A stretch of DNA of 64,000 nt, taken from NCBI GenBank assembly GCA_963747235.1, contig CAVVEU010000033.1, forward strand, positions 64,001 through 128,000, in the 5' to 3' direction. This document shows, piece by piece, positions 49,926 through 60,143 of the stretch. A program made the position numbers and the translations under genes. Each line of letters begins with the position of its first letter. Within the stretch, counting starts at the first letter, position 1. Under the pieces are notes generated by a model, which was not told the origin of the DNA, did no database searches, and worked only from the letters and a program-made list of their open reading frames with translations. Source of the stretch: an uncultured Candidatus Rokubacteria bacterium (lineage in GTDB: Bacteria > Methylomirabilota > Methylomirabilia > Rokubacteriales > CSP1-6).

Positions 49926-49984
49926 GGGGCCCCTAGCATACCCCTTGACGTGCCGGCGCTTTCGGCCGATTCTCGGCCGCGCCC

Positions 49985-50992
49985 ATGAAGTTCGACATCG
50001 GCATCCTCGCGAGCCAGCCGCTGCCGGTCATCGTCCGCCAGGTCCAGCTCGCGGAGTCGCTCGGCTTCGATACCGCGTGGATCACCGACACCCACCTGGT
50101 CTGCCGCGAGCTCTGGGTCACGCTGACCGCGTGCGCGACCGCGACCTCGCGCATCCGGCTCGGGCCCGGCATCACGGTGCCGCACACGCGCCACATCTCG
50201 GTGACCGCCAGCGCCATCGCCACGCTCCACGAGCTCGCGCCCGGGCGCCTGGTCCTGGGCGTCGGGACCGGCGGCAGCGCATCCGAGACGATGGGGCTCT
50301 CGGTCGCCAAGACCGCGCGCGTCGCCACGCTCGAGTCCATGGCGCACGCGCTCAAGCATCTCCTGCGCGGCGAATCCATCCGGCTGGACACCGGGACGGA
50401 TGCGCGTCTGGCCTGGCTGCCCCAGCCCGTCGATATCCCGCTCTACCTGGCCGGCTCCGGCCCGCGCATGCTCGACGCCGCCGGCCGCCTGGGCGACGGC
50501 GCCATCATGTACTCGGGCGTCGCCCCCTGGCTGCTGGACGCCGCCCTCGCCTGCGTCCACGCCGGCGCCAAGACCGCCGGCCGCACCCCCGCCGACGTCG
50601 ACATCGCGATCTGGGCTCCGACGTCGATCGCGTCCGACCGCGCGCTCGCCCGCGACCACGTCCGCGGCCGCGTCGCCTCCGCCCTCCGCCACGCCTTCCC
50701 GGTGAAATGGAGCCCGGAGGACCAGGCCGTCATCGACCAGGTCCGCGCCGCCTACGACTCCTACCAGCACGCCACCGCCGCCTCGAAGCACCGCCTCCTG
50801 ATCACCGACCGCTTCGTGGACCTGATGGCCCTGGCCGGCACCCCCGACGACGTACGCGAACAAGTACAGCGCGTGGCCGGAGTCGGCGGCGTGAACCGCA
50901 TCATCCTGCTCCCGCAGGTCCCCGGCCAGGACTTCGTCGAGCGCGAGCAGGTCCTGCGGCTCTTCGCCGAGCAGGTGATGGCGCGCCTCTAG
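49985..50992 (+). CDS. LLM-class (Mer-like) oxidoreductase
   Basis: AESLGFDTAWITD, TSRIRLGPG, LAGSGPRML. Confidence 0.88.
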   Translation: MKFDIGILASQPLPVIVRQVQLAESLGFDTAWITDTHLVCRELWVTLTACATATSRIRLGPGITVPHTRHISVTASAIATLHELAPGRLVLGVGTGGSASETMGLSVAKTARVATLESMAHALKHLLRGESIRLDTGTDARLAWLPQPVDIPLYLAGSGPRMLDAAGRLGDGAIMYSGVAPWLLDAALACVHAGAKTAGRTPADVDIAIWAPTSIASDRALARDHVRGRVASALRHAFPVKWSPEDQAVIDQVRAAYDSYQHATAASKHRLLITDRFVDLMALAGTPDDVREQVQRVAGVGGVNRIILLPQVPGQDFVEREQVLRLFAEQVMARL

Positions 50993-51013
50993 CGTGACCC
51001 TCCCCTAGCGCGA

Positions 51014-51190
51014 TCCCGTCCCGGGAGGCGGCGGGCGGGGTGGCAGGGGGATCTCTGACCACGACCCGCTGTCTCGTCTTCCGCAGTCAGGAGTTCCCAA
51101 TCCGGGATCGGGAGACTCCTGGCTGCACGACGGCGGGGAACGGGTCAACCGATCCCCCTGCCGCCCCGCCCGCCGCCTCCCGGGACGGGA
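51014..51190. repeat. Long rod-like structured element, copy 2
   Basis: 40-bp arms (51014-51053 / 51151-51190, one G.T) around a 97-nt core homologous to 11913-12008. Confidence 0.85.
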
Positions 51191-51206
51191 CCCCGGCAGG
51201 AGAACC

Positions 51207-51793
51207 TCAGCGCGAGCGAGCGCCCCAGAGGCCTTTCGTCGCGAGGCCTTCGAAGTAGTGGCCGTAGACGTGGAGCAGCGACGTCTGGAAGAGGATCCAG
51301 GCGCGGCTGCGGCCGCCGGCCCAGAACTCGGTGAGCCACGGCGCGCTCGGATCCACTGCGCCCTCGGCGGTGCACACGTGCTTCACGCGTTCGGCCGGGG
51401 ACCAGCGCCTCGAGGTCGAGGCTTCCGCAGCAGCGGTACCGCGTCCAGCGTGGCGCGCGTCACCGCGCGGCAGTAGCCGCGGAGCTGCTCCACGTCCACC
51501 GCGGCGCAGAGCGCGTCCACCTGCGCGTCGTCCATGCCGGTGCCGACGTCGCGGCGCTCGACGCGCAGGCGCTGCGGCCAGCCCGCGTCGAGGACCTGCG
51601 GGCGGTCGAGGATGAAGCGGTTCACGCAGACGTCCTCGATCCGCATCGCGTGCCAGATGAGCCAGGCCACCGGGTTGGCGCCGGGCACCGGACGGCCACG
51701 CACCTGGGCTTCGGTCAGCCCAGCGACCAGGTCGTCGGCGAGGAAGGTGTGCACGGACTCGTAGCGCAACAGCCAGAGATCGATGGCGTCCAT
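51207..51793 (-). CDS. DinB-superfamily protein (paralog of 47923); frameshift near 51430
   Basis: NPVAWLIWHAMRIED, HVYGH. Confidence 0.8.
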
Positions 51794-51810
51794 CTGGCGA
51801 GCTCGCGCGG

Positions 51811-52729
51811 TTAGCGCAGGGTCTGACGATCGAGGTCGAAGGCGCGCTCGGCCAGGCTCGACAGCATGCGCCACGCCTGCTCGTGATTGCGCGAGCCCTC
51901 GATGTCGTCGGCGAAGGTGTCGAGGCAGACGTACGGCGCGCCCAGCTTCTCGAGCTCCGCGAAGTCGCGCCGCACCTGGTCCATGGTCCCCTCACCGGCC
52001 AGCCGCGTCTCCTCGGGCATCGGGGAATCGGTCAGGCGCAGGCGGATGCGCGGGCAGAGCGCGGGCACCGGGCGGCCCTCCTTCTCGGCGATGGCCCGGA
52101 GCTTCGGCATGCCCTCGTCGCGCAGGAACGCGATGCGGCTGCGGATCGGGTGCCAGGCGTCGCCGTGGCGCACGGTGCGCCGCAGGGCGGCCTCGCTCGA
52201 GCCGCCCACCCAGATCGGCGGGTGCGGGCGCTGCAGCGGGCGCGGCGCGGTGTAGATGTCCTTGAACGACACGAAGCGGCCCTGGTAGCTCGCCACGTCC
52301 TGGGTCCAGGCGGCCTTGAGCGCGCCGATGTAGTCGTCGGTCATCGCTCCCCGCTTCTCGAACGGCAGGCCGAGCACCTCGAACTCCTGCCGGGCCCAGC
52401 CCACCCCGATGCCGAAGATGAGCCGGCCGCCGCTGATCCGGTCCAGGGTGGCCACCATGCGGGCGGTCTCGAGCGGATGCCGGTAGGGCACGCACGATCA
52501 CGGTGAAGCCCAGCTCCACCCGGCGGGTCAGCCCGGCGAGCCAGCCGAGCGTGGTGAACGGATCGTAGAACGGCGCCGGATAGCGGCCCTGCACGTCGGA
52601 CGTGATCGTCACGTGGTCGCCGAGCATCATGAAGTGGTAGCCCACGGTCTCGGCGAAGCCGGCCCAGCGCGCGAGCGCGTCCTCGCTCGCGCCCGGGCCG
52701 AAGGTGATGAGGTTGACGCCGATCTTCAT
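51811..52729 (-). CDS. LLM-class (F420-type) oxidoreductase; frameshift near 52490
   Basis: GDHV, ATLDRISGGRLIFGIGVGW, PLQRPHPPIWVGG. Confidence 0.88.
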
Positions 52730-53154
52730 CGGGCCGGCGGCGTCTCCATCCGCCGGGCCGCCGCCGAGGTGCTCGGCCCCAGGAACTCGACCATGTTGCC
52801 GTCCGGATCCTTGACGAAGAGCTGGCGCAGGCCGGTGGGGCCCGAGATGACGTCGCGGCAGACGAGCCCCAGCTCCTCGATGCGCCGCGCGGTCCCGTCC
52901 ACGTCCTCCGTCCAGAGCGCGAAGTGCGGATACCGCGCCACGATCTTCTCCCGCTCGGTCGCGGGGCGCACGAGCTGATCGTTCAGGATGATGTGGAGCT
53001 GCAGGTCGCCGCCCAGGCTGTACCAGATGCCCGGGAAGTCGAAGGCGGGGCGCGGGATCTCCTGGAATCCCAGCACGCCGGTGTAGAAGTCGCGCGCCTT
53101 GGTGACGTCGGTGACGGTGATGCTCACGTGGCTCAGGATCTTGAACAGGCTCAT
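52726..53154 (-). CDS. VOC/glyoxalase family protein
   Basis: HVSITVTD..ARDFYTGVLG, FVKDPDGNMVEF. Confidence 0.9.
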   Translation of the reverse strand: MSLFKILSHVSITVTDVTKARDFYTGVLGFQEIPRPAFDFPGIWYSLGGDLQLHIILNDQLVRPATEREKIVARYPHFALWTEDVDGTARRIEELGLVCRDVISGPTGLRQLFVKDPDGNMVEFLGPSTSAAARRMETPPAR

Positions 53155-54491
53155 GTCGGGTCTCCTCCGTCGTAGAGCTCGCGGCGGGCGATGCCGCGCT
53201 GGAAGGCCAGGTAGCCCTGGCGGGTCATGGGCGGCCGCGGGCCCGCGAGCACCTCGCGCGCGCCCGCGGCGCCGTCGGCGAGCAGATCCACCGCCATCGC
53301 GGCGAGGGCCTTGGCCGGCTGCACGTAGCCGAGGTCCGGGTCCGTGATCGCGAAGTCGGCGGAGTGGCCCGGGCCCCGGGCGCCGCCCATGTAGGGATGC
53401 AGCACCGGCATCACCTGGCTCAGGTCGCCCATGTCCGTCGAGCCGGAGCGATGCGGGATGTCGCGGTAGTGCTCGGGGCCGACCAGGCCGCGCGCGGTGC
53501 CCTCGAAGAGCCGCGCCATCGCGCGGTCGCAGAGGAGCGGCATCGGCCCCGGCAGCGTGTCGATCTCGACCCGCGCGCCCAGCGCGAGGGCGCCCGCGCG
53601 GAGCGCGCGATCGACCTTACGGCTCGCGTCGGCCACGCCTTCGGCGGTCTTGCCGCGCACGTACATCTCGAGCCGCGCCTCGCCGGGGATCACGTTCACC
53701 TGCGAGCCGCCGTGGGTGAGGATCGGGTGCACGCGGATCGAGTCCTCGTCGCGGAACGTCTCGCGGACCGCGTTGATGCCGGCCAGCGCGACCTGCGCGG
53801 CGTAGAGCGCGTTGACGCCCATGTGGGGCGCGCCGCCCGCGTGCGCGGCGCGGCCGATGAAGCGCGCGGTCTTGCCGACGCGGCCGTTGTTGGAGGCGGG
53901 CACGCCCGCCTTGCCGTCCTCCGCGCGCCAGTTGGTGTGGATCATCATGGCCAGGTCCACGTCGTCGAAGTGGCCGAGGCGCATCAGCTCCTGCTTGCCG
54001 CAGGGGAACTCGAGGCGGCCGGCCCGGATCTGCTCCTGGCGCCACTCGATGTCGCCGCCCTCCTCGGCGGGGACCGCGAAGAACACCACGCGGCCCGCGA
54101 GGTGATCGAAGGCGCCCGCGTCCACGAGGCCCATCGCGGCGCCGAGCATCCCGGCCACCTGCGCGTTGTGGCCGCACGCGTGCGCCGCGCCGGTCTGCGG
54201 ATCGGCCTCCGGGTGCCCGGTGACCCGCAGGCCGTCGAGCTCGCCGATCAGCGCGAAGGTCGGCCCGTCGCCCGCGCGGCCCTGGGCCTCGCCGCGCACG
54301 CCGGTCAGCGCGAGGCCGGTCCGGGGCGCCATGCCGAGGCGGCCGAGCGTGGCCTCGACCAGCGCCGCCGTCTTCACTTCCTTGAAGCCCATCTCGGGCT
54401 GCTTCCGGATGCGCTCGCCGAGGCCGACGATCTCCTCGGCGCGCCGATCGATCGCCGCGAATACCTTGCGCTTCAGCTCATCCCGGGTCAT
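53151..54491 (-). CDS. M20 amidohydrolase
   Basis: PEMGFKE, HACGHN, PAEE, GSTDMG. Confidence 0.92.
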   Translation of the reverse strand: MTRDELKRKVFAAIDRRAEEIVGLGERIRKQPEMGFKEVKTAALVEATLGRLGMAPRTGLALTGVRGEAQGRAGDGPTFALIGELDGLRVTGHPEADPQTGAAHACGHNAQVAGMLGAAMGLVDAGAFDHLAGRVVFFAVPAEEGGDIEWRQEQIRAGRLEFPCGKQELMRLGHFDDVDLAMMIHTNWRAEDGKAGVPASNNGRVGKTARFIGRAAHAGGAPHMGVNALYAAQVALAGINAVRETFRDEDSIRVHPILTHGGSQVNVIPGEARLEMYVRGKTAEGVADASRKVDRALRAGALALGARVEIDTLPGPMPLLCDRAMARLFEGTARGLVGPEHYRDIPHRSGSTDMGDLSQVMPVLHPYMGGARGPGHSADFAITDPDLGYVQPAKALAAMAVDLLADGAAGAREVLAGPRPPMTRQGYLAFQRGIARRELYDGGDPT

Positions 54492-54677
54492 GGCAGAGGG
54501 ATGCTAGCCGATTCCGCGAGCCGTCGCCAGTGAGAGAAAATCAGGCGCTCCGCCGGGATGTGCCCTCCCGCTGAGCGCTCGGGGCCGTGCGCGCCGCGCG
54601 CCCTCCGGTCGACGCGCCCCCGCTAAGTCGCCATGACGCAACACGGAACCGGCGCGCGGCGGCGCGCGCGGGGTTTC

Positions 54678-54693
54678 TGGCACGATCGCTGCA
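54678..54693 (+). promoter_or_regulatory. Sigma54 promoter
   Basis: TGGCACGATCGCTGCA (TGGCAC-N5-xTGC). Confidence 0.65.
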
Positions 54694-54790
54694 TTTTCGC
54701 TGCTCGGAAGCGTCAGGGCGGGCTTCCGACCGAGCGCCGTCGCTTGAGGCAGTGAGCGACGGCGTTTCTCTTTTCACGAGGAGGAATCGT

Positions 54791-55108
54791 GTGACCGACG
54801 TGATCAGCGACGTGGTGGGCGTGATGATCGGGCTCGGCCCGGTGGTGGCCGCGCTCCTGTGGTGCGACCTGAGCGATCGGTTCGGGCACCGGGCGAACCG
54901 CGTGGGCGCGGAGATCCGCGCGACCGCGAACCGCGTGCTCGGCGGCGAATCCATGCTGGCGGTTCGCGTGCAGCCGGCGATGGCGTGGCGTCCCGGCCGC
55001 GTGCATCTCTCGGCCCCCGGCGGCTACGAGTTCCTGATCGCGAGCGTCTCGGGCGCGGTCATCAATCGCCTCCCCCACAACTACGAGCTCGTCGTCCACC
55101 GCGGCTGA
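54791..55108 (+). CDS. Hypothetical small protein with N-terminal hydrophobic segment
   Basis: GAGGAGG RBS, GTG start, GC3-biased codons. Confidence 0.65.
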   Translation: MTDVISDVVGVMIGLGPVVAALLWCDLSDRFGHRANRVGAEIRATANRVLGGESMLAVRVQPAMAWRPGRVHLSAPGGYEFLIASVSGAVINRLPHNYELVVHRG

Positions 55109-55139
55109 ATCCGGCGGGCGATCGAGCAGGAGAATCCCG

Positions 55140-55625
55140 ATGGCGAAGCGCATCCTGATGGTGATCACGCCCGAGACACCCGCCGATCTCCGCAGCGCGG
55201 CCCGCAGCGCGGCGGTGGTGGCGCGAGACAGCGGGGGCCAGATCCGCATGGTCTTCGTCCGCCCGATCCCGCCACCACGCATGGACCACCACGATCGGCT
55301 CGTCGCCGACCCGGACGCGGAGATGGCGCGGCTCGCCGCCCTCGCCGAGGCCCGGATGGACGCGCTCGACTCCGAGTTCGGCGACGTCCCGGTCGAGTCG
55401 CGGGTTCGCTTCGGTCACCTCGCGAGCGAGCTCCGCATCGAGGCCGAGAGCTTCGGGGCCGACCTGATCGGCCTCGCCGCGCCCGCCCGGCCCGGGCCGC
55501 GGCATCAGCTCCGCGCCTGGTATCTCGGGGCCACACTATCCGCGCCGGTGGTCCTGCTGCCGCTGGTTCCGGATGACGCGGCCGATCGGCGCCGCGGGTC
55601 GGTGGTCCTGCCCGCGTTCCGGTAA
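55140..55625 (+). CDS. Universal stress protein-like
   Basis: KRILMV, RVRFGHLASEL..AESFGADLI, APVVLL. Confidence 0.75.
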   Translation: MAKRILMVITPETPADLRSAARSAAVVARDSGGQIRMVFVRPIPPPRMDHHDRLVADPDAEMARLAALAEARMDALDSEFGDVPVESRVRFGHLASELRIEAESFGADLIGLAAPARPGPRHQLRAWYLGATLSAPVVLLPLVPDDAADRRRGSVVLPAFR

Positions 55626-55701
55626 GGCTTGCCCGGTAGATTCTGCCGGGCGCCACCACAAGTCACGCGCGAAAGGCGCGTGATTTCTCGGCGATTTCGC
55701 G

Positions 55702-55717
55702 TGGCACAGGGAATGCT
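55702..55717 (+). promoter_or_regulatory. Sigma54 promoter
   Basis: TGGCACAGGGAATGCT, GG-N10-GC. Confidence 0.65.
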
Positions 55718-55743
55718 CTTTCGCGCGGGCAGGAGGATCAATC

Positions 55744-56133
55744 ATGCATCGTGCGATCACGCGCATTCTCGTTCCCGCGACACTCGCGGTCGGAGTTCTC
55801 TCCGGCTGCGCCGTGCAGGACCCGACCTATCCGCCGACCACCGGCGCCGTCCTCGGCGCCCCCACACAGCCGCGGACGGTCGAGTATTCCAATGGCAAGT
55901 ATCAGCTCTACGGCGACGGCTCGACCGCATCGCCCTATTACTGGGTCTGGGTGCCGGCCGGGACGAATCCGCCCGCGCCACCCGCGCTCCCGCCGCAGCG
56001 GGTCGCCACCGCCTCGACGGACGGACGCTATCAGCTCTACGGGGACGGCTCGTCGTCGTCGCCCTACTACTGGGTGTGGGTGCCCACCGGCTCGTCGGTG
56101 GTCCCGCCTCCTCCCCCGCCGCCTCGACGGTAG
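55744..56133 (+). CDS. Lipoprotein with duplicated YQLYGDG..PYYWVWVP module
   Basis: Lipobox LSGC, two near-identical ~24-aa repeats, poly-Pro tail. Confidence 0.8.
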   Translation: MHRAITRILVPATLAVGVLSGCAVQDPTYPPTTGAVLGAPTQPRTVEYSNGKYQLYGDGSTASPYYWVWVPAGTNPPAPPALPPQRVATASTDGRYQLYGDGSSSSPYYWVWVPTGSSVVPPPPPPPRR

Positions 56134-56203
56134 CGAGCGGCGGCGGCGCGTCGACGCGGGAGCGGAACGGCTCTCGCGCGACGCGCGGGCGGCTATCGAC
56201 TCG

Positions 56204-56800
56204 CTATCTAGTGGGCGGAGGCGGCGGCGGTCCCGGCGGAGGCGGCGGGATGGTCGGCGATACCGCGCTGGCCGGCGGAACCGAGGTGGCCGGCGGGGGC
56301 GGAGGTGGCGGCGGAGCGGGCGGCGAGTACGCCGGCTGCTGCTGCACGCGCGAGCCGCGGGCCCCCGGCACCTGGTTGCCCTTGGCGTACATGCACTGCG
56401 TGTAGCTCATGTCGTAGCGGCGCTGCACCGACCCGCCGTACGCGTCGCCGCGGCTCGCGCCGATCGCGGTGCCGCCGAGCAGGCCGACGCCCGCGCCGGC
56501 CGCCGCCCCGATGGCCGGGTTGCCGGCGGCAGCGCCGAGCGCGGCGCCCGCCGCGGCGCCGACCACGGTGCCGATCACCGCGCCGCCGACCGTGCTCTCG
56601 GTCGCGGTCCTCTGCGCGGTGGTGCCGACCTGCTGCGAGGCCCACTGGCGGCAGACCGCGTCGTCGACCTGGAACTGCTCGAAGCTCTTGCTGCTGCCCG
56701 GCAACACCATGACGCTCGGACCGTGGGGCACGGTGGCGCAGCCGCTCAGCAGCGCGCCGGCCAGCACCACCGCGACGCTCCCGCGCGCGATCCGGTTCAT
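56204..56800 (-). CDS. Glycine-zipper lipoprotein, Pro-rich tail
   Basis: LSGC lipobox, GAAAGAALGAAAG zipper, YDMSYTQCMYAKG. Confidence 0.82.
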   Translation of the reverse strand: MNRIARGSVAVVLAGALLSGCATVPHGPSVMVLPGSSKSFEQFQVDDAVCRQWASQQVGTTAQRTATESTVGGAVIGTVVGAAAGAALGAAAGNPAIGAAAGAGVGLLGGTAIGASRGDAYGGSVQRRYDMSYTQCMYAKGNQVPGARGSRVQQQPAYSPPAPPPPPPPPATSVPPASAVSPTIPPPPPGPPPPPPTR

Positions 56801-57141
56801 CGCGGCCGCTCCGGTATCTTCACCCACTCCTCCGGGCAGCTCGGCACCGTCGGGTAGTAGCCGTGGGCGCTCGAGCAGTAGTACCAGTACGCGGTGGATG
56901 CCGCCGGGGGGGCCGGCGCCACGGGCGGCCGCTCGACGTAGACCGGCGGCTCCTCCACCACCACCGTGGGCGGCCGGTAGATGTAGTAGGGCGGCGGCGG
57001 ATAGTAGTACGGGTAGGGCCCCCAGTAGGGACCGACGCCGACGTAGACGCCGCCGCGCCAGTGATGCCAGGTGTAGCCCGGCGTGACCGTGACCGCGAGC
57101 ACCGCGACCACCAGCAGCAGGATCAGCAGGGTCTTTTTCAT
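56797..57141 (-). CDS. Small secreted Tyr/Pro-rich protein
   Basis: Signal peptide, PYYYPPPPYY, YWYYC..GYYPTVPSCP..W. Confidence 0.78.
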   Translation of the reverse strand: MKKTLLILLLVVAVLAVTVTPGYTWHHWRGGVYVGVGPYWGPYPYYYPPPPYYIYRPPTVVVEEPPVYVERPPVAPAPPAASTAYWYYCSSAHGYYPTVPSCPEEWVKIPERPR

Positions 57142-57241
57142 ATCCGCCTCACTCTGACGCGCATTGGGACCACTTCATTTACATCGATTCCAGCATATCG
57201 CCCGGGACGCATTAACTCCATCTGTTACGATGATGAGTACG

Positions 57242-59290
57242 ATGCGGGCCATGCGGCGGATCTTCGCGGGATTGCTGGCGTTGCTGATGGTCCTGGGCGC
57301 CACGCCTGCCGGCTGGGCAGGCAGCTCGAGCCCGCCGCCTCCCGCCGGAGCCCCCGCCCCGGCCGACCCCGAGACCGAGGCCGACGCCCAGGAGACCACG
57401 CCGCCCCGCGTCAGCTACATCCACGGCGAGGTCTCCTTCTGGCGGCCGGGCGCCACCGACTGGGCCCCTGCCGCGCTCAACATGCCCCTGGCCCCGGGCG
57501 ACGTGCTCTATGCGGGGCCGGCGGGGAACGTGGAGATCCAGATCGGCCCGCGGGCCTTCGCTCGCGCCGCCTACGGCGCCCAGCTCGGCCTCGACAACCA
57601 GGAGCCCGACTTCATCCAGCTCCGGGTCACGTCGGGCTATGCCGCGCTCGACCTGCGCGAGCTCGCGCCGGGCCACACGGTGGAGCTCGATACGCCCGGC
57701 GCGGCCTTCACGGTGGAGCGCGCCGGGTACTACCACGCCGAGGTCAGGCCCGACACCACCGCGTTCCGGACCTATCGCGGCGGCAGCGCGGTCATGACGC
57801 CGGCCGGGGGCGCCGCGACACCGGTGGCGGCGAATCAGCAGGTGGTCATCACCGGCGGTGATGCGCCGCGCGTCGAGACGACGGCGCCGCCCGCGCTGAC
57901 CGCGTGGGATCGCTGGAACTACCAGCGCAGCGACTACCTCGCGCAGCCCGCCAGCGCGAAGCAGGTCCCCGCGGGCGTCTACGGAGCGGAGGCCCTCGAT
58001 CAGCACGGGACCTGGCGCACGGTGGAGAGCTACGGCAGCGTGTGGGTGCCGGCGGGCGTGGCGCCGGGCTGGTCGCCCTACTCCACCGGCCGGTGGATCT
58101 GGGATCCGCGCTTCGGGTGGACGTGGCTCGACGACGCGCCGTGGGGCTGGGCGCCGTATCACCACGGCCGCTGGATCTTCGTCGGCAGCTACTGGGCGTG
58201 GGCGCCGGGCCCGCTCATCGTGCGGCCCGTCTACTCGCCCGCGCTGGTGGTCTTCCTCGGCGGGCCCGTCATCGTGGGGCGACCGCTCTACTGGGCCCCG
58301 CTCGGCTGGGGCGAGCCCGTGATCCGGTGGTGGGGCCGGCCGCGCTACGTCGGCGTCGCCTGGTGGGGTGGCTGGGGCGGCCCGCGCGTGGTGAACAATG
58401 TCGTCATCAACCGCGCCACCACCGTGAACGTCACGACCATCAACGTCTACCGCAACGTGAACGTGACCAACGCGGTGGTGGGCGTGCCCGCCGACCGCTT
58501 CGGCCAGGGCGCGGTGCGCCCCGTCCGCCTCGCGGACGCCGGCGAGGCGCAGCGGCTCACGCCGGTGCGCGGCGCGGTGGACGTGCGGCCGGTCGCGGCC
58601 AGCGTCACCGGGAGCGCGACCGCCGCCGCCACGCGGCCGCCGGACGCGATCCGCGCGCGGCCGGTGGTGGCGACGCGCGCGCCCGTCGACACCGCGCCGG
58701 TGCTGCGCGAGCAGGGCCTGCCCGCCGCGGCGGCCGCGACCGCGCCGCAGCCCCAGCAGCGCATCGTGCCCGCGCCCGCGCGCGTGACGCCGCCGGCCGC
58801 GAGCGTGACCCCGACACCGGGCGCGGCCGGACGCCGGCCGCGCCACGCCCACGCCCGATGACGGCCAGCGCGAGCGCGCGCGCGGCGGCGACCGTGGCCC
58901 GCGTCAGACCACGCCGCCCGATGCGGGCCGTGTCCCGGCGCCCGCCCGTCCAACCGTGACACCGCCCGCGACGAGCACACCCGGCGCTCCCTCGGTAAGC
59001 GCGCCCACGCCGCAGCCGCCGCCGCCGCCGCAGCAGACCGCGCCGCCGGCCCCGGCCGCGCCCGCCGCTCGCCAGGCTCCGGCCGCTACTCCTCCTGGGT
59101 CGCCACCGGCTCCCGCCGTCCAGAACGCGCCGCCCCGGGCGCGACAGACCGCACCCGCCGAGCGTCCACAACGCGTGGAGCCGCAGGGCAAGGGCACGCC
59201 CGATCGCGGCCCGGCCGAGCGTGGTGGCCAGGAGCGCGGCGGCCAAGAACGCGGCGACCGCGGCCCGCGCGGCGACCGCGGCTTAGCTCG
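57242..59290 (+). CDS. Secreted FecR-like/DUF6600-like protein with long Pro/Ala-rich tail; frameshifted, 3' end approximate
   Basis: RVSYIHGEVSF, LDQHGTW, WSPYSTGRW, PWGWAPYHHGRW, YSPALVVF. Confidence 0.75.
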
Positions 59291-60143
59291 CGCGACCGCT
59301 CCGGGGGAGGTTCGGAAGGGCGCAGCCCTCCGAGCTACGAATTCCGGCGCGCATGAAGCTCTGCACGAACTGCCGCTGGAAGAGCAGGAACGCGACCAGC
59401 AGCGGGCCCGAGGTCATCAAGGTCGCGGCGGTGATGATGGACCAGTCCACTCCCTGATCCACCGACGAGAAGACCTGCAGCCCCACCGTCAGCGGGCGCG
59501 ACTGCACGGAGTTCGTCACGATCAGCGGCCACAGGAAGTTGTTCCAGTGGTAGCTGACCGAGACCAGCCCGTAGGCGATGTACACCGGCTTCGCGAGCGG
59601 GACGTACACCCGCCAGAGCACTTCCAGCGGCCCGGCGCCTTCCACGCGCGCGGCCTCGTCCAGCTCCTTCGGCACCGTCTTGAAGGTCTGCCGCAGCAGG
59701 AAGATGCCGAAGGCCGAGGCCATGTAGGGCAGGCCGATGGCGGCCAGGGTGTCGAGGATGCCGAGCCGGCTCATGGTCCGGTAGTTCTCCACGATGAGCA
59801 CGTCCGGCATGATCATGAGCTGCACCAGCACGAGCAGGAACGCGGCGGAGCGGCCCGCGAAGGCGAAGCGCGCGAAGGCGTAGGCCGCGAGCGTGCAGAG
59901 CACGAGCTGCACGGCCAGGATCATGGTGACCAGCGCGATGGTGTTGACGAAGTAACGGGCGAACGGCGCGGCCGCCCAGGCCTTGACGAAGTTCTCGAGG
60001 CTGAGCGGCGCGGTCAGCACGAAGCGCGTCGAGAACTCGGAGGGGTGGAAGGCGGTCCAGAACGCATAGGCCAGCGGCAGGACCCAGAGCACGCCGAGCA
60101 GCCAGGCCCCCGCGGTCTCGAGCGCGCGCCCGGGCCGCGTCAC
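59283..60143 (-). CDS. UgpE-like ABC permease (true stop probably ~59335)
   Basis: AYAFAR, LDEAARVEGA, HWNNFLWPL, FVQSFMRAGIR. Confidence 0.88.
   Translation of the reverse strand: MTRPGRALETAGAWLLGVLWVLPLAYAFWTAFHPSEFSTRFVLTAPLSLENFVKAWAAAPFARYFVNTIALVTMILAVQLVLCTLAAYAFARFAFAGRSAAFLLVLVQLMIMPDVLIVENYRTMSRLGILDTLAAIGLPYMASAFGIFLLRQTFKTVPKELDEAARVEGAGPLEVLWRVYVPLAKPVYIAYGLVSVSYHWNNFLWPLIVTNSVQSRPLTVGLQVFSSVDQGVDWSIITAATLMTSGPLLVAFLLFQRQFVQSFMRAGIRSSEGCALPNLPRSGRAS

Noticed and set aside
58860-59290. Short repeats as a possible CRISPR or tandem array
   Set aside because: Low-complexity Pro/Ala and ERGGQ coding sequence; no constant repeat-spacer periodicity and no cas genes
59303-59334. GGGGAGGTTCGGAAGGGCGCAGCCCTCCGAG hairpin (and the CTCGGCTCGCCTTCGGCTC tract at 5808-5835)
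   Set aside because: They look like further repeat-family remnants but are single copies in this window, so they cannot be supported
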